From the NCBI GenBank assembly GCA_050693035.1, contig JBOGWB010000009.1, positions 4,021-68,020 of the forward strand: 64,000 bases of DNA. The letters are read 5' to 3'. Positions 16,902-26,055 of this stretch are shown in pieces. Each line of letters starts with the position of its first letter. Positions within the stretch are counted from its first letter, which is position 1. Origin of the DNA: Actinomycetota bacterium (GTDB lineage: Bacteria > Actinomycetota > UBA4738 > CALAEC01). Below the pieces are notes generated by a model. It saw only the letters and a program-made list of their open reading frames with translations, was not told where the DNA came from and made no database searches. The translations under genes were made by a program, and so were the position numbers.

Positions 16902-18713
16902 CTAGCCCCCATCACCGGCAGCGGCGATCTCCTCGAGGCTTCCCGTCTCCAGCGCCTTGGCTCCCACCTCAGCGGCGGCCCGGGCCAGGAACGCATCGAG
17001 GGCAACGCCCCGGGCCTCCACGCCTGCGCGGTCGCGCACCGACACCGTCCCCGCCTCGATCTCCTTGTCACCCATCACCAATACGTACGGGACCTTCATC
17101 AGCTGCGCTCCGCGCACCTTTCGCGATACGGTCTCCCGGCTGTCGTCCACGCCGGCGCGCAACCCGGCGGCACGCAGCCGGGCGGCCACGTCCTCGGCCG
17201 CAGAAGCATGCCGATCGGCGATGGGCACCACGCGCACCTGCTCCGGCGCGAGCCACAGCGGGAACGCGCCGGCGTAGTGCTCGATGAGCACACCGAGGAA
17301 CCGCTCGATCGAGCCGAGGATGGCCCGGTGGATCATGACCGGCCGATGCCGCTGGTTGTCCTCGCCCATGAACTCCATGTCGAACCGCTCGGGCAACGCG
17401 AAGTCCACCTGCACCGTGGTCAGCTGCCAGAGCCGCCCGATGGCGTCGTGGAAGTGGAAGTCCACCTTCGGCCCGTAGAACGCCCCCTCGCCTTCGGCCA
17501 CCTCGTACCGCATCCCGCTGCGGTCGAGCGCGGCGCGAAGCGCCTCAGTGGCCCGTTCCCACATCTCCGGCTCCCCGATGGCCACCCCGGGCTTCGTCGA
17601 CAAGTTCACCACCGGATCCTTGAACCCGAACGTCCCGTGGATCTCCAACGTGAGGTCGAACACCGCCAAGATCTCGTCGATCAGCTGGTCCGGTGTGCAG
17701 ATCACGTGGGAGTCGTCCTGGGTGAACCCCCGGATGCGGAGCAGCCCGTGGAGCACACCGGGGCGCTCGTGCCGGTACACGGTCCCGAGCTCCGACAGCC
17801 GCATCGGGAGGTCGCGGTACGAACGGGTGCGCGCCTTGTAGATCAGCACGTGGAATGGGCAGTTCATCGGCTTGACGTAGTAGTCGCCCGCTTCGTGCTG
17901 CATGGGCGGGTACATCGTGTCGGCGTACTTCTCCAGGTGTCCCGAGGTCTCCCAGAGCGCCGACCGGGCGAGGTGCGGCGTGGCCACGATCTCGTAGCCC
18001 CGCACCAGGTGGAGCTGGCGGATGAAGTCCTCGAGCTCCTTGCGGAGGATCCCTCCGCGAGGGTGCCACACGGCAAGGCCCGCGCCGAGCTCGTCGGGGA
18101 ACGAGAACAACTCGAGCTCCCGCCCGAGCTTGCGGTGGTCGCGCTTCTCCGCCTCCTCCCGTCGGTGGAGGTAGTCGGCCAGCTCTTCCTCGGTGCGCCA
18201 GGCGGTGCCGTAGATCCGCTGGAGCTGCTGCCGGGTCTCGTCGCCCCGCCAGTAGGCGCCGGCCACGCTGAGCAGCTTGAACGCCCCCAGCTTCCCCGTG
18301 GACTCGACGTGCGGACCGAGACAGAGGTCCTGCCACCCGTCGTTCCGGTACACCGTGACGGTGTCTCCCGCCGCGCCCTCCGCCCCCGCCTCGGGATCCG
18401 CGCCCGCCTGCTCGATCAGCTCCAGCTTGTACGGCTGGTCCGCGAACCGCCTGCGCGCCTCGTCCTTGGGAACTTCCTCCCGGACGAACGGCTGGTCTTG
18501 CGCGACGAGATGGCGCATCCGCTCTTCGATCCGTGGGAGGTCTTCCGGAGTGAGCTGCGCCGGAAGGTCGAAGTCGTAGTAGAAGCCGTCGTCGATCGGG
18601 GGGCCGATCGCGTACTTCGCCCCCGGCCACAGGTCGCACACGGCCTGGGCCATGACGTGCGCGGTCGAGTGCCGGAGCACGTGGAGATGGTCTGCCTTCT
18701 CCTCAGCCCCCAT
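16902..18713 (-). CDS. thrS: threonine--tRNA ligase (no N-terminal TGS domain)
   Basis: 603 aa beginning at the editing-domain motif LRHSTAHVMAQA. Class II core is readable (FRHE-like YRHERPG, GAFYGPK) together with a C-terminal anticodon-binding domain. Confidence 0.95.
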   Translation of the reverse strand: MGAEEKADHLHVLRHSTAHVMAQAVCDLWPGAKYAIGPPIDDGFYYDFDLPAQLTPEDLPRIEERMRHLVAQDQPFVREEVPKDEARRRFADQPYKLELIEQAGADPEAGAEGAAGDTVTVYRNDGWQDLCLGPHVESTGKLGAFKLLSVAGAYWRGDETRQQLQRIYGTAWRTEEELADYLHRREEAEKRDHRKLGRELELFSFPDELGAGLAVWHPRGGILRKELEDFIRQLHLVRGYEIVATPHLARSALWETSGHLEKYADTMYPPMQHEAGDYYVKPMNCPFHVLIYKARTRSYRDLPMRLSELGTVYRHERPGVLHGLLRIRGFTQDDSHVICTPDQLIDEILAVFDLTLEIHGTFGFKDPVVNLSTKPGVAIGEPEMWERATEALRAALDRSGMRYEVAEGEGAFYGPKVDFHFHDAIGRLWQLTTVQVDFALPERFDMEFMGEDNQRHRPVMIHRAILGSIERFLGVLIEHYAGAFPLWLAPEQVRVVPIADRHASAAEDVAARLRAAGLRAGVDDSRETVSRKVRGAQLMKVPYVLVMGDKEIEAGTVSVRDRAGVEARGVALDAFLARAAAEVGAKALETGSLEEIAAAGDGG

Positions 18714-20055
18714 AGGAGGTCATCACCCAATCCGCCCAGCGTCGCTGGAGCCGTCCGAAACCGGAGCCGAACGCGGCGCGCATGGCGCGATCGACATGAT
18801 ATCGCCAGGTTCCTGCGGCGACCTGCGGGCGTCCGAGCCGGCGGTAGAACTCCGCCACCGCTTTCGAGCCGAAGCGGTCGTCCGCGTACCGGATGAAGCT
18901 GTAGGACTCCTGATAGGAGTTGACGATGTCGTCGGTGTCCCCGGTGATGAACTCGTGATCGAGGGGAAGGCGCCGGTCGAAGATCCCCGAGCCCACCCGG
19001 ATGGCGAGGAGGAGTGTGGACGCGTCCGTGGTGACCCACTCCGCCACGCCCTCGTCGACGAACGCCGGGACGAATGGGCCCGACAGCTCGCGGGTCGCGA
19101 TGTGCAGCAGCTCGTGGGTGAGGATCGACTGCTGCGCCGCGTCCGACTGCGCGGAGAAGTTGTCCCAGTGGAGGATGATCCGGTGCCCGACCAGATCCCA
19201 CTCCCGATCCCGGTCCAGTCCCGAGTACGCGAACGCCACGAACACGTCGACGTCGAACTGCGCCTGGAGGATCCGGACGAGCTCCTCGCTCTCGCTGGGA
19301 GCGAGGATCACCACCTTCTTCCGGAACTGAAGGGGCCACACGGCGGACACCCGGGCGAGGGCGCGCTGGGCGGCCGGCAGGATCGTCCCCGCCGCCCCGG
19401 CCAGGTCGGGGTGGGACACGTAGAGGAAGTGCTCGCTCTCGCGGGTGACGATCGGCCCGAACTCCCACAGCACGCGGCCCGAGTAGATGGTGAGGTCGTC
19501 CAGGTCGCTGTCGGAGATCATCCGCCACCCGGCGGGCCGGCGGACGAAGGTGAGGAACACGTCCTCGAGGGCAGGCTGCCGATCGTAGCCCTGGAGCCGG
19601 TAGCGCTGCTCCACGTGGAGCACGGTGGGCTGGGCTCCCCGCCCGTACCGCCGGAGCTCCTCGGACGCCGTCAGCTCCTCGAACACGTCGAGCGATACGT
19701 CGAGCCGGTAGTCCTGAAGGGGGAGGCGCTGGAACCCGTCGAACAACAGCTCTTGCCGCTCGACGAAGTCCCCCTCGGCCTCATGGTCCAACCCTGCCAG
19801 GAACCCCGGCCGATCGCCGAGCAGCAGGGCCCGGGCCCTCCGGTCGAGCAGGTCCTGGATCTCGGCCAGCTTGCCGGCGAGCTCGGGCCCCCCCCGGAGG
19901 GCGCTGCCGATCCCGGCTTCGGGGGGCGTGGTAGGGGCGGACGCCCCCTCCCGGGCCCGAGCCAGCCAGGGGGTGCCGTCGCTTCCCGGGAGGCAGCCCG
20001 GGAGCATCGCGACCACGAGCGATCCGGCGAGGAGGAGTCCATGCGCCCTTCGCAT
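18703..20055 (-). CDS. lipoprotein with HExxH motif (putative metallopeptidase)
   Basis: Start at MRRAHGLLLAGSLVVAMLPGC (lipobox). THELLHIA plus downstream DEGVAEW resembles an MA-clan arrangement. 11-nt overlap with thrS. Confidence 0.5.
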   Translation of the reverse strand: MRRAHGLLLAGSLVVAMLPGCLPGSDGTPWLARAREGASAPTTPPEAGIGSALRGGPELAGKLAEIQDLLDRRARALLLGDRPGFLAGLDHEAEGDFVERQELLFDGFQRLPLQDYRLDVSLDVFEELTASEELRRYGRGAQPTVLHVEQRYRLQGYDRQPALEDVFLTFVRRPAGWRMISDSDLDDLTIYSGRVLWEFGPIVTRESEHFLYVSHPDLAGAAGTILPAAQRALARVSAVWPLQFRKKVVILAPSESEELVRILQAQFDVDVFVAFAYSGLDRDREWDLVGHRIILHWDNFSAQSDAAQQSILTHELLHIATRELSGPFVPAFVDEGVAEWVTTDASTLLLAIRVGSGIFDRRLPLDHEFITGDTDDIVNSYQESYSFIRYADDRFGSKAVAEFYRRLGRPQVAAGTWRYHVDRAMRAAFGSGFGRLQRRWADWVMTSYGG

Positions 20056-20158
20056 GACGGCAGGGTACCCTTGCCGGCCCGCCGCACGGGGCCATTCCAC
20101 GGTGGTGCGCCCGCGCGTCGGATATCGTTGATGGCGCGAGAAGTCCCGGGAGGAGCCG

Positions 20159-20671
20159 TTGGGAGCGCTGCCGGAAGCGGTCGAGAGGGTCCTGAACGAG
20201 GCCCTCGTGTGCGAGTTTACCGTGGTGAGCGGGGAGGGCCGGCCCATCACCCATCCGATGATCCCGCTGTACGACGGCGAGCGGATCTATCTCCACTCGA
20301 GCATCTTGTTCTCGAAGAAGCTCGAGCACATCCGGGGCAACCCGAAGGTGTCGCTCGCCATCACCGATCAGGGAGCCACCCATGGGGATCCCCTTCCGCT
20401 CCGCGTAACCATCCAGGGTGACGCCACGGTCCACGATGACGATCCCCATCGCACCTGGGAAAGGATCCTTCCTCTCTGGATCGCCAAGGAACCGATCGTG
20501 GAGAAGTTCTACAAGATGCGCGTGGCGCTGCCGCTGTTTTGGGAGCGCGGTCTGATCGAGGTGGTCCCCCGCCGGGTCTTCGTGTGGGACGAGGGACGGA
20601 CCGACCGGCCACCCCTCGTGCACGAGGCCACGCCTCCGCTCACCGCGCCGGTCGCACGAGGGGACGACTGA
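20159..20671 (+). CDS. pyridoxamine 5'-phosphate oxidase-like split-barrel protein (possible FMN/F420 binder)
   Basis: 170 aa with GEGRPITHPMIPLYDGERIYLHSS...IRGNPKVSLA, a pattern typical of the PNPOx-like fold. ATGA-coupled to menA. Confidence 0.65.
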   Translation: MGALPEAVERVLNEALVCEFTVVSGEGRPITHPMIPLYDGERIYLHSSILFSKKLEHIRGNPKVSLAITDQGATHGDPLPLRVTIQGDATVHDDDPHRTWERILPLWIAKEPIVEKFYKMRVALPLFWERGLIEVVPRRVFVWDEGRTDRPPLVHEATPPLTAPVARGDD

Positions 20672-22014
20672 TGGCCGTCCGGCCTCAGGTCCTCGAAGGG
20701 ATCGGCGCGGGTTACTCGCACGCGGTGATTGTGTTCCTCGGCGACGACGGCTACCCGGTGAGCGTGGCCACCGGGTTCGAGGTCGACGCGACGCGCGGGG
20801 TGGTGCGACTCGACCCACCGGCCGGCATGGAGTCGATGCCGCCGGAAGGCCGCGGGGTGAACGTCATCTTCAGCCACATCCGGCCGCTGCCGGAGGCCGG
20901 CTACGACGAGCGTCGGTACGTCTCCGTCTGGGGGCCGCTCCGCCGCCACGCCGACGGGCGGCTCGAGCTGGTTCCGGAGGAGAGCCGGTCGTGGGACGAG
21001 TCCAAGGTCCCGTTCTTCCAGTACTCGGAGATCACGGTCCCTCAGGCCCACCGGTACCTCGATTCGTTGAGCGCCAGACTCGGCCACCGGATCCGGCCCC
21101 GCCTGGCGTTCTTCTGGCTGGCTCTGCGGACCACGCGTGCTCCATTCCTCTCCGCGACGGTGATCCCCGTGCTCCTCGGCGTGGCCGTGGCCGCTCGGGA
21201 GGGCGGCTGGAGCCTCTGGCTGGCCGCCCTCACCTTGCTCGGCGCATCGTGCATCCACCTCGCGCTGAACGTGGCCAACGACGTATTCGACACGATGAGC
21301 GGCACGGACCCGGCGAACACTCGGCCGACACAGTTCAGCGGGGGGTCGCGGGTGATCCACTACGGCCTGGTGAGCCTTCGCGGCGCGGCGATCCTCTCCG
21401 CAGCCCTGTACGTCGTGGGGATCGGCATCGGGCTCTACCTCGCGTGGCTGCGCGGTTTCTGGGCGCTGTTCTGGCTGGGAGCCGCGGGGGTGGCCATCAG
21501 CGTCATCTACACCGCTCCGCCGATCCGGCTGGTCCACCGGGGCCTCGGGGAGATCGCGGTGGCCCTGGGATTCGGACCGATCATGCTTCTCGGCTCGTAC
21601 TTCGTGCAGGCCCAACGATTCAGCCTGGAGGCCCTGTGGTTGTCGCTGCCGGTGGCCATCCTCATCTCCCTGGTCCTGTACGTGAACGAGATCCCCGACC
21701 GGGAGGGCGACGCAGCCACCGGAAAGCGGACCCTGCCGGTGAGGTGGTCGAAGGAGACGGTGATCCGAGCGTACGCGGTGGCCTCGGCGGCCGCCTACGC
21801 GCTGATCGGTCTGGGCGCGGTCCTCCGAATCCTCCCCTGGACGACGCTCATCGCCCTGGCCACGATGCCGCTCGCGGTGAGGGCGGCCCGCGGGATCCGG
21901 GTGAACTACGAGGACCCCTACGCCCTGATGCCCACCATGGCCACGAACATCAAGCTTCACCTGTACACGGGGCTGCTGCTCCTGGTCGGCTACATCGTCG
22001 CCGCGGCCATCTAG
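20671..22014 (+). CDS. menA: 1,4-dihydroxy-2-naphthoate polyprenyltransferase (MenA) with ~150-aa N-terminal soluble extension
   Basis: UbiA-family TM core starts at RAPFLSATVIPVLLG. It carries NVANDVFD and YVNEIPDREGD aspartate-rich motifs. The N-terminal 150 aa are non-membrane and split-barrel-like. Confidence 0.85.
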   Translation: MAVRPQVLEGIGAGYSHAVIVFLGDDGYPVSVATGFEVDATRGVVRLDPPAGMESMPPEGRGVNVIFSHIRPLPEAGYDERRYVSVWGPLRRHADGRLELVPEESRSWDESKVPFFQYSEITVPQAHRYLDSLSARLGHRIRPRLAFFWLALRTTRAPFLSATVIPVLLGVAVAAREGGWSLWLAALTLLGASCIHLALNVANDVFDTMSGTDPANTRPTQFSGGSRVIHYGLVSLRGAAILSAALYVVGIGIGLYLAWLRGFWALFWLGAAGVAISVIYTAPPIRLVHRGLGEIAVALGFGPIMLLGSYFVQAQRFSLEALWLSLPVAILISLVLYVNEIPDREGDAATGKRTLPVRWSKETVIRAYAVASAAAYALIGLGAVLRILPWTTLIALATMPLAVRAARGIRVNYEDPYALMPTMATNIKLHLYTGLLLLVGYIVAAAI

Positions 22015-22340
22015 CGATCCGGCCGTTCCCTCGGGGTGCCGGGCCCTGTCCAATCCCCCGGGGTCCGATGCGGACTAGCCGAGACTACGCCGATCCGGGC
22101 CGGCTACCCCCCGGACCGCTGTCCATCCGGAGGAGTAAAGGCGTCCCCCGTTCTGCCGATAGCTATCTGGATGACCCGGTTCGAGAAGATGATCCCCGTG
22201 TGGAAGTCGTCGGACAGGGCTCCGGCTCCCGTCCGGCGGCGGCGAGGCTCCTCCGAGCCGCCCCACCGCGCCGCCCATCGCTCCACCCCTCACCCGTTCA
22301 CCCTGGAACGCTGGGGCCGGGTGCGAACCCGCCCCTCTCA

Positions 22341-23051
22341 CTAGCGCCGCCGCCTCTCGCCACCCCCGATCCGAGTCCCCGCGACGACCTGCGCGACCCC
22401 GGCCGCCAGAGCGATCCGACGAACGTCGCCGAAGCCCGCCCCCTCCAGCATCTCGGCCAGCTCAGCGGAGGACGGCAGGTAGGTCATCGACGCCGGCAGG
22501 TACGCGTATGCCTCGCGGTCGGAGAGCAGGCCTCCCACGACCGGAACGACCCTGCGGAAGTACACGGAGTGACCGAGGCGGAGAAACGGCTGTTCCGGCT
22601 CCGACACCTCCAGGAACACCGCGCGTCCCCCGGGCCGGAGGACCCGCGCCGCTTCGCGGAACAGGCCCGGGAGGTCCACCACGTTGCGGAGGGCGAACCC
22701 GCACGCGACTCCGTCGGCCACGCCGCTTCCGACCGGCACCCGGAGGACGTCCGCCTGTACCAGGGGAGCGCTGGTCCCCGCCCGGGCCAGCATCCCGGGG
22801 GAGAAGTCGAACCCCACCGGTCGATGGCCCGCCCGTACCAGCTCCCGGCACAGGGCGCCGGTGCCACAGGCCAGGTCGAGCACCAATGAGCCGGGAGGGA
22901 GGGCCAGCACGCGAACGGCCCGCCGCCGCCATCCCACGTCCATTCCGAACGTCAGCACCCTGTTGAGGAGGTCGTAGCGCCCGGCGATCCGGTCGAACAT
23001 CTCCCGAACCCGGGCGGCCCGAGTCTCGCTGGGCTCCAGTTGCGCCGTCAC
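22341..23051 (-). CDS. menG: demethylmenaquinone methyltransferase (UbiE/MenG)
   Basis: Trimmed to the GTG at 23051 (GTGA overlap). Carries MFDRIAGRYDLLNRVLTFGMDVGWRR, VLDLACGTG and FALRNV, canonical for UbiE/MenG. Confidence 0.88.
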   Translation of the reverse strand: MTAQLEPSETRAARVREMFDRIAGRYDLLNRVLTFGMDVGWRRRAVRVLALPPGSLVLDLACGTGALCRELVRAGHRPVGFDFSPGMLARAGTSAPLVQADVLRVPVGSGVADGVACGFALRNVVDLPGLFREAARVLRPGGRAVFLEVSEPEQPFLRLGHSVYFRRVVPVVGGLLSDREAYAYLPASMTYLPSSAELAEMLEGAGFGDVRRIALAAGVAQVVAGTRIGGGERRRR

Positions 23052-23500
23052 CTGTCCCGGGCCCGTCGGGAGAGCGGAAGCGCGTACCAGAGCCACGCCA
23101 CGAGACCCGCCACCGCCACGGCAACGCCCAGAGCGGTGGCGGTCCCGAAAAGGAGGGACGTGATCACGTACACCACGGCCGTGATGGACAGTGCCAGGAA
23201 CACGGTCCCCACGATGGCCATCCGGTTGGCAGACTGGAGCATCCGTTCCTTGTCCCGATCCCGCCACCGCAACCGGTGGTAGGCGGTCGGAGCGATGAAG
23301 AGGACGGTGGCCGCCGCGGTGGCCAAGACCGAGAAGAAGTACACCGCCTGCTGTGAGGTGGTCACCGAACCGAATCGCTGAGTGAACGGGACGGTGAGAA
23401 GGAAGGCGAACAGGACCTGCACCCCGGGCAGGGCCACTCGCAGCTCGTTGAGGAGCTCGATGAGCTCGCGATCCAGCCTGCTGGCCTTGTCCTCCGGCAC
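23048..23500 (-). CDS. DUF6328-like membrane protein
   Basis: 150 aa. ELIELLNELRVALPGVQVLFAFLLTVPFTQRF followed by two further TM helices. Confidence 0.55.
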   Translation of the reverse strand: MPEDKASRLDRELIELLNELRVALPGVQVLFAFLLTVPFTQRFGSVTTSQQAVYFFSVLATAAATVLFIAPTAYHRLRWRDRDKERMLQSANRMAIVGTVFLALSITAVVYVITSLLFGTATALGVAVAVAGLVAWLWYALPLSRRARDR

Positions 23501-23608
23501 GCCCGTTCCTCCCTCACTCAGTATGCCGACACGCGCGTCCGGTCGTGGACGAGCCGAGCCGCCGCCGGCGGCCGGCGGCGGCTCGGAAAATCCGGTGGGT
23601 GTGCTGGC

Positions 23609-23770
23609 CTATTCCGTGAACAGCGGAAGCAGGTACCGCGCGATGAAATAGAGCACCACGATCACGATGGCCAGGATGAAGGCGTACTTCACCAGGGCGA
23701 ACGAGGTAAGCCCCGCCCCCGTGTCAGGCTCGCGCACCGGCTCGTGGTGATGTGGATCTTCATAGGTCAT
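23609..23770 (-). CDS. small membrane protein
   Basis: ATG at 23770 preceded by GGAGGAAA. 53 aa with one TM helix (FALVKYAFILAIVIVVLYFIA). No family recognised. Confidence 0.4.
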   Translation of the reverse strand: MTYEDPHHHEPVREPDTGAGLTSFALVKYAFILAIVIVVLYFIARYLLPLFTE

Positions 23771-23837
23771 GGTTTTCCTCCTTCCTCTGCTGTGTTTCCC
23801 AGGGAAGGGCACGGCCAAACCGGTCCCGGGGGGCCCG

Positions 23838-24656
23838 CTAGCCCTCGCCCGCGATCTTCTCCCGCAGCTGGCGGAGCGTCCGAGAGAGCAACCGGGAGAC
23901 GTGCATCTGGGAGATCCCGAGCTCCTCGGCGATCCGGGTCTGGCTCAAGCCCCGAAAGAACCTGAGGTAGAGGATGCGCCGCTCTCGGGCGGGGAGCCGC
24001 TTGAGCGCCGGGGCCACGCTGGCCCATCCTTCCAGGATCTCCAAGGTTTCGTCCTCGCCGCCGATCTGCTGGGCGGAGGTCGTCCCCTCGTCATCGATGG
24101 GAGCGTCCAGCGAGGTGGTCGAGTAGGCGTGGACGGTGTCCATCCCCTCGACGACCTCTTCCGAAGTCAGGCCGGTGCGCTCCGCGATCTCGTTCACCGT
24201 CGGCGAACGCCCGAGCTCCTGGGAGAGCTCGCTCACCACCCTGCTCACCCGAAGACCCGTCTCCTGAAGCCTCCGGGGCACTCGAAGGGCCCATCCCTTG
24301 TCACGAAAGTGCCGCTTGAGCTCCCCGACGATGGTGGCCGTGGCATAGGTGGAGAACTTCACTTCCCGGCCGGGATCGAACCGGTCGATGGCCTTGATCA
24401 ACGCCACCATGGCCACCTGGACGAGGTCCTCCAGCGGCTCGCCCCTCCCCGAGAATCGCCGGGCCAGGTACTCCGCCAGAGGCTGATGCATGAGGACGAG
24501 CTCGTCCCTCACGTTCGAGTCCTCTCCGAGTCGTGCGAAGAGCTCATCGGAACGCTCCCACTGAAAGGCCTGCGACTCCGGGATCTCCTCCTCGTGCTCC
24601 TCGGAAGGAGCCCTCTTCTGGGAGGGGTGCTCTCCACCAGCGGACCGATCCTGCAT
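23838..24656 (-). CDS. RNA polymerase sigma factor, SigB/SigF group
   Basis: 272 aa. Region 2 (DLVQVAMVALIKAIDRFDP...FSTYATATIVGELKRHFRD), region 3, and region 4 HTH (SQTRIAEELGISQMHVSRL). Confidence 0.9.
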   Translation of the reverse strand: MQDRSAGGEHPSQKRAPSEEHEEEIPESQAFQWERSDELFARLGEDSNVRDELVLMHQPLAEYLARRFSGRGEPLEDLVQVAMVALIKAIDRFDPGREVKFSTYATATIVGELKRHFRDKGWALRVPRRLQETGLRVSRVVSELSQELGRSPTVNEIAERTGLTSEEVVEGMDTVHAYSTTSLDAPIDDEGTTSAQQIGGEDETLEILEGWASVAPALKRLPARERRILYLRFFRGLSQTRIAEELGISQMHVSRLLSRTLRQLREKIAGEG

Positions 24657-24666
24657 CCCGGGCCCC

Positions 24667-25056
24667 CTACCGACCGGCCGCGGACGTCTTCACCAGACGC
24701 ATGGCGGGCTTTCCCTCGAACCGCTCGAAGCTCGGCGCCTCGGTCAGGCCGTTCAGCACCTGCCAGATCAGGCTCTCCTCGAACCCTTGGGGCGGCCAGT
24801 CACGGATGTCGCCGTCGGTGCAGACGACCACCTCCACCCCGGCCCCGGATGGCGTGATGTTCAGGGTGAGCTGGGTGGCGGAGCCTCCGTCGACCAGGAG
24901 CTGCGCGCAGGCCTCATCGACGGCGATCCGGAGGTCCTCGATGTCGTCGTATCCGAGGTCCAGGCGCGCCGCGACGCTCGCCGTTACCGACCGGACCACG
25001 TGGAGGAACTCCGGTCGAGCCGGCACGGTGACCCTGATCTCGCCTTCGTGGTCCAC
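24667..25056 (-). CDS. anti-sigma factor, RsbW/UsfX-like with degenerate ATPase motifs
   Basis: 129 aa immediately upstream of the sigma gene (10-nt gap). Carries the typical PARPEFLHVVRSV...DLRIAVDEAC opening, but there is no N-box Asn and no G-boxes. Confidence 0.65.
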   Translation of the reverse strand: MDHEGEIRVTVPARPEFLHVVRSVTASVAARLDLGYDDIEDLRIAVDEACAQLLVDGGSATQLTLNITPSGAGVEVVVCTDGDIRDWPPQGFEESLIWQVLNGLTEAPSFERFEGKPAMRLVKTSAAGR

Positions 25057-25118
25057 GACCGGACGCCTATACTAGCCGGGACCCGCTGGGCCGGAGCGGC
25101 CCGCCCGAACCGAAGGGG

Positions 25119-25472
25119 GTGACACCGATCGACCTTTCCCTGGAATCGAGGACCGTGGGCGGATGGACGGTCGTCGACGTCAAGGGTGAGGTGGACCTGT
25201 TCACCGCGCCCAGGCTTCGAGAGCACGTGGTCGGCCTGGTGGAGGAGGACCAGCGCCGCATCGTCGTCAACCTGGAGGACGTGGACTTCATGGATTCCAC
25301 GGGCCTCGGAGTGTTGGTCGGCGCGCTGAAGCGTCTCAAGGAGAAGGACGGGCAACTCGCCTTGATCTGCTCGCAGGGATCCGTCCTCCGGGTCCTCACG
25401 GTCACCGGGCTCAACAAGGTGTTCTCTATCTACGACTCCGTGGAGGAGGCGACCAAGGCAGGCGGGGGATGA
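25119..25472 (+). CDS. STAS-domain anti-sigma-factor antagonist (RsbV/SpoIIAA-like)
   Basis: 117 aa with the phosphorylatable-Ser context DFMDSTGLGVLVGA. Divergent from the anti-sigma/sigma pair. Confidence 0.85.
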   Translation: MTPIDLSLESRTVGGWTVVDVKGEVDLFTAPRLREHVVGLVEEDQRRIVVNLEDVDFMDSTGLGVLVGALKRLKEKDGQLALICSQGSVLRVLTVTGLNKVFSIYDSVEEATKAGGG

Positions 25473-25918
25473 GCGACCGCTCGGACTCGTTCGTCCTCGA
25501 GTTCCCCCCGGAGGCTCACTACGTGAGCACGGCACGGATCTTCGCCGCCGGGGTGGCCCGGACCTACGGCACCGACGAGGACCTCGTGGAGGACCTCAAG
25601 ATCGCCGTCTCCGAGGCGTGCACCAACGCCATCAAGGCGAGGACGGGCGGGACGGCGAAGGGCCCGGTGCGCCTGTCGGTCCGTCGAGAGGCAGATGTGC
25701 TCTCCTTCGAGGCCGAGGACACGGGGATCGTCCCGGCGGGAGACGGCCCCGAACCGGTCATCCCGAGCAGCGGGTCCACCTCGGAGGACATCGCCCGCCG
25801 CCTCTCTCTGGAGACCATCCGGGCCCTGTTTCCGAGCACCCAGATCGTCCCCGGGCCCGAGGGCGGCGGAAACATCCGCTTCTCGTTCCCCCTCCGCCAA
25901 ACCGAACCGTCTGCCTGA
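25469..25918 (+). CDS. RsbW-like HATPase protein, partly degenerate
   Basis: ATGA overlap with the STAS gene. DLKIAVSEACTNAIKA (N-box-like) and EDTG are present, but no clear G2 box. Confidence 0.6.
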   Translation: MSDRSDSFVLEFPPEAHYVSTARIFAAGVARTYGTDEDLVEDLKIAVSEACTNAIKARTGGTAKGPVRLSVRREADVLSFEAEDTGIVPAGDGPEPVIPSSGSTSEDIARRLSLETIRALFPSTQIVPGPEGGGNIRFSFPLRQTEPSA

Positions 25919-26055
25919 AACGCCTCAACTACCCCCTTCGCCCCATCTTCGGGCGGGAAATCTGACAATTCGCGTGCAACGCTCGTCTCGCCGGGTAAGT
26001 ACTGGGGGAAGGATGGGCCCGAGCGTCAGAGTGGCGCGCGGGGACCCGAAGGCAG

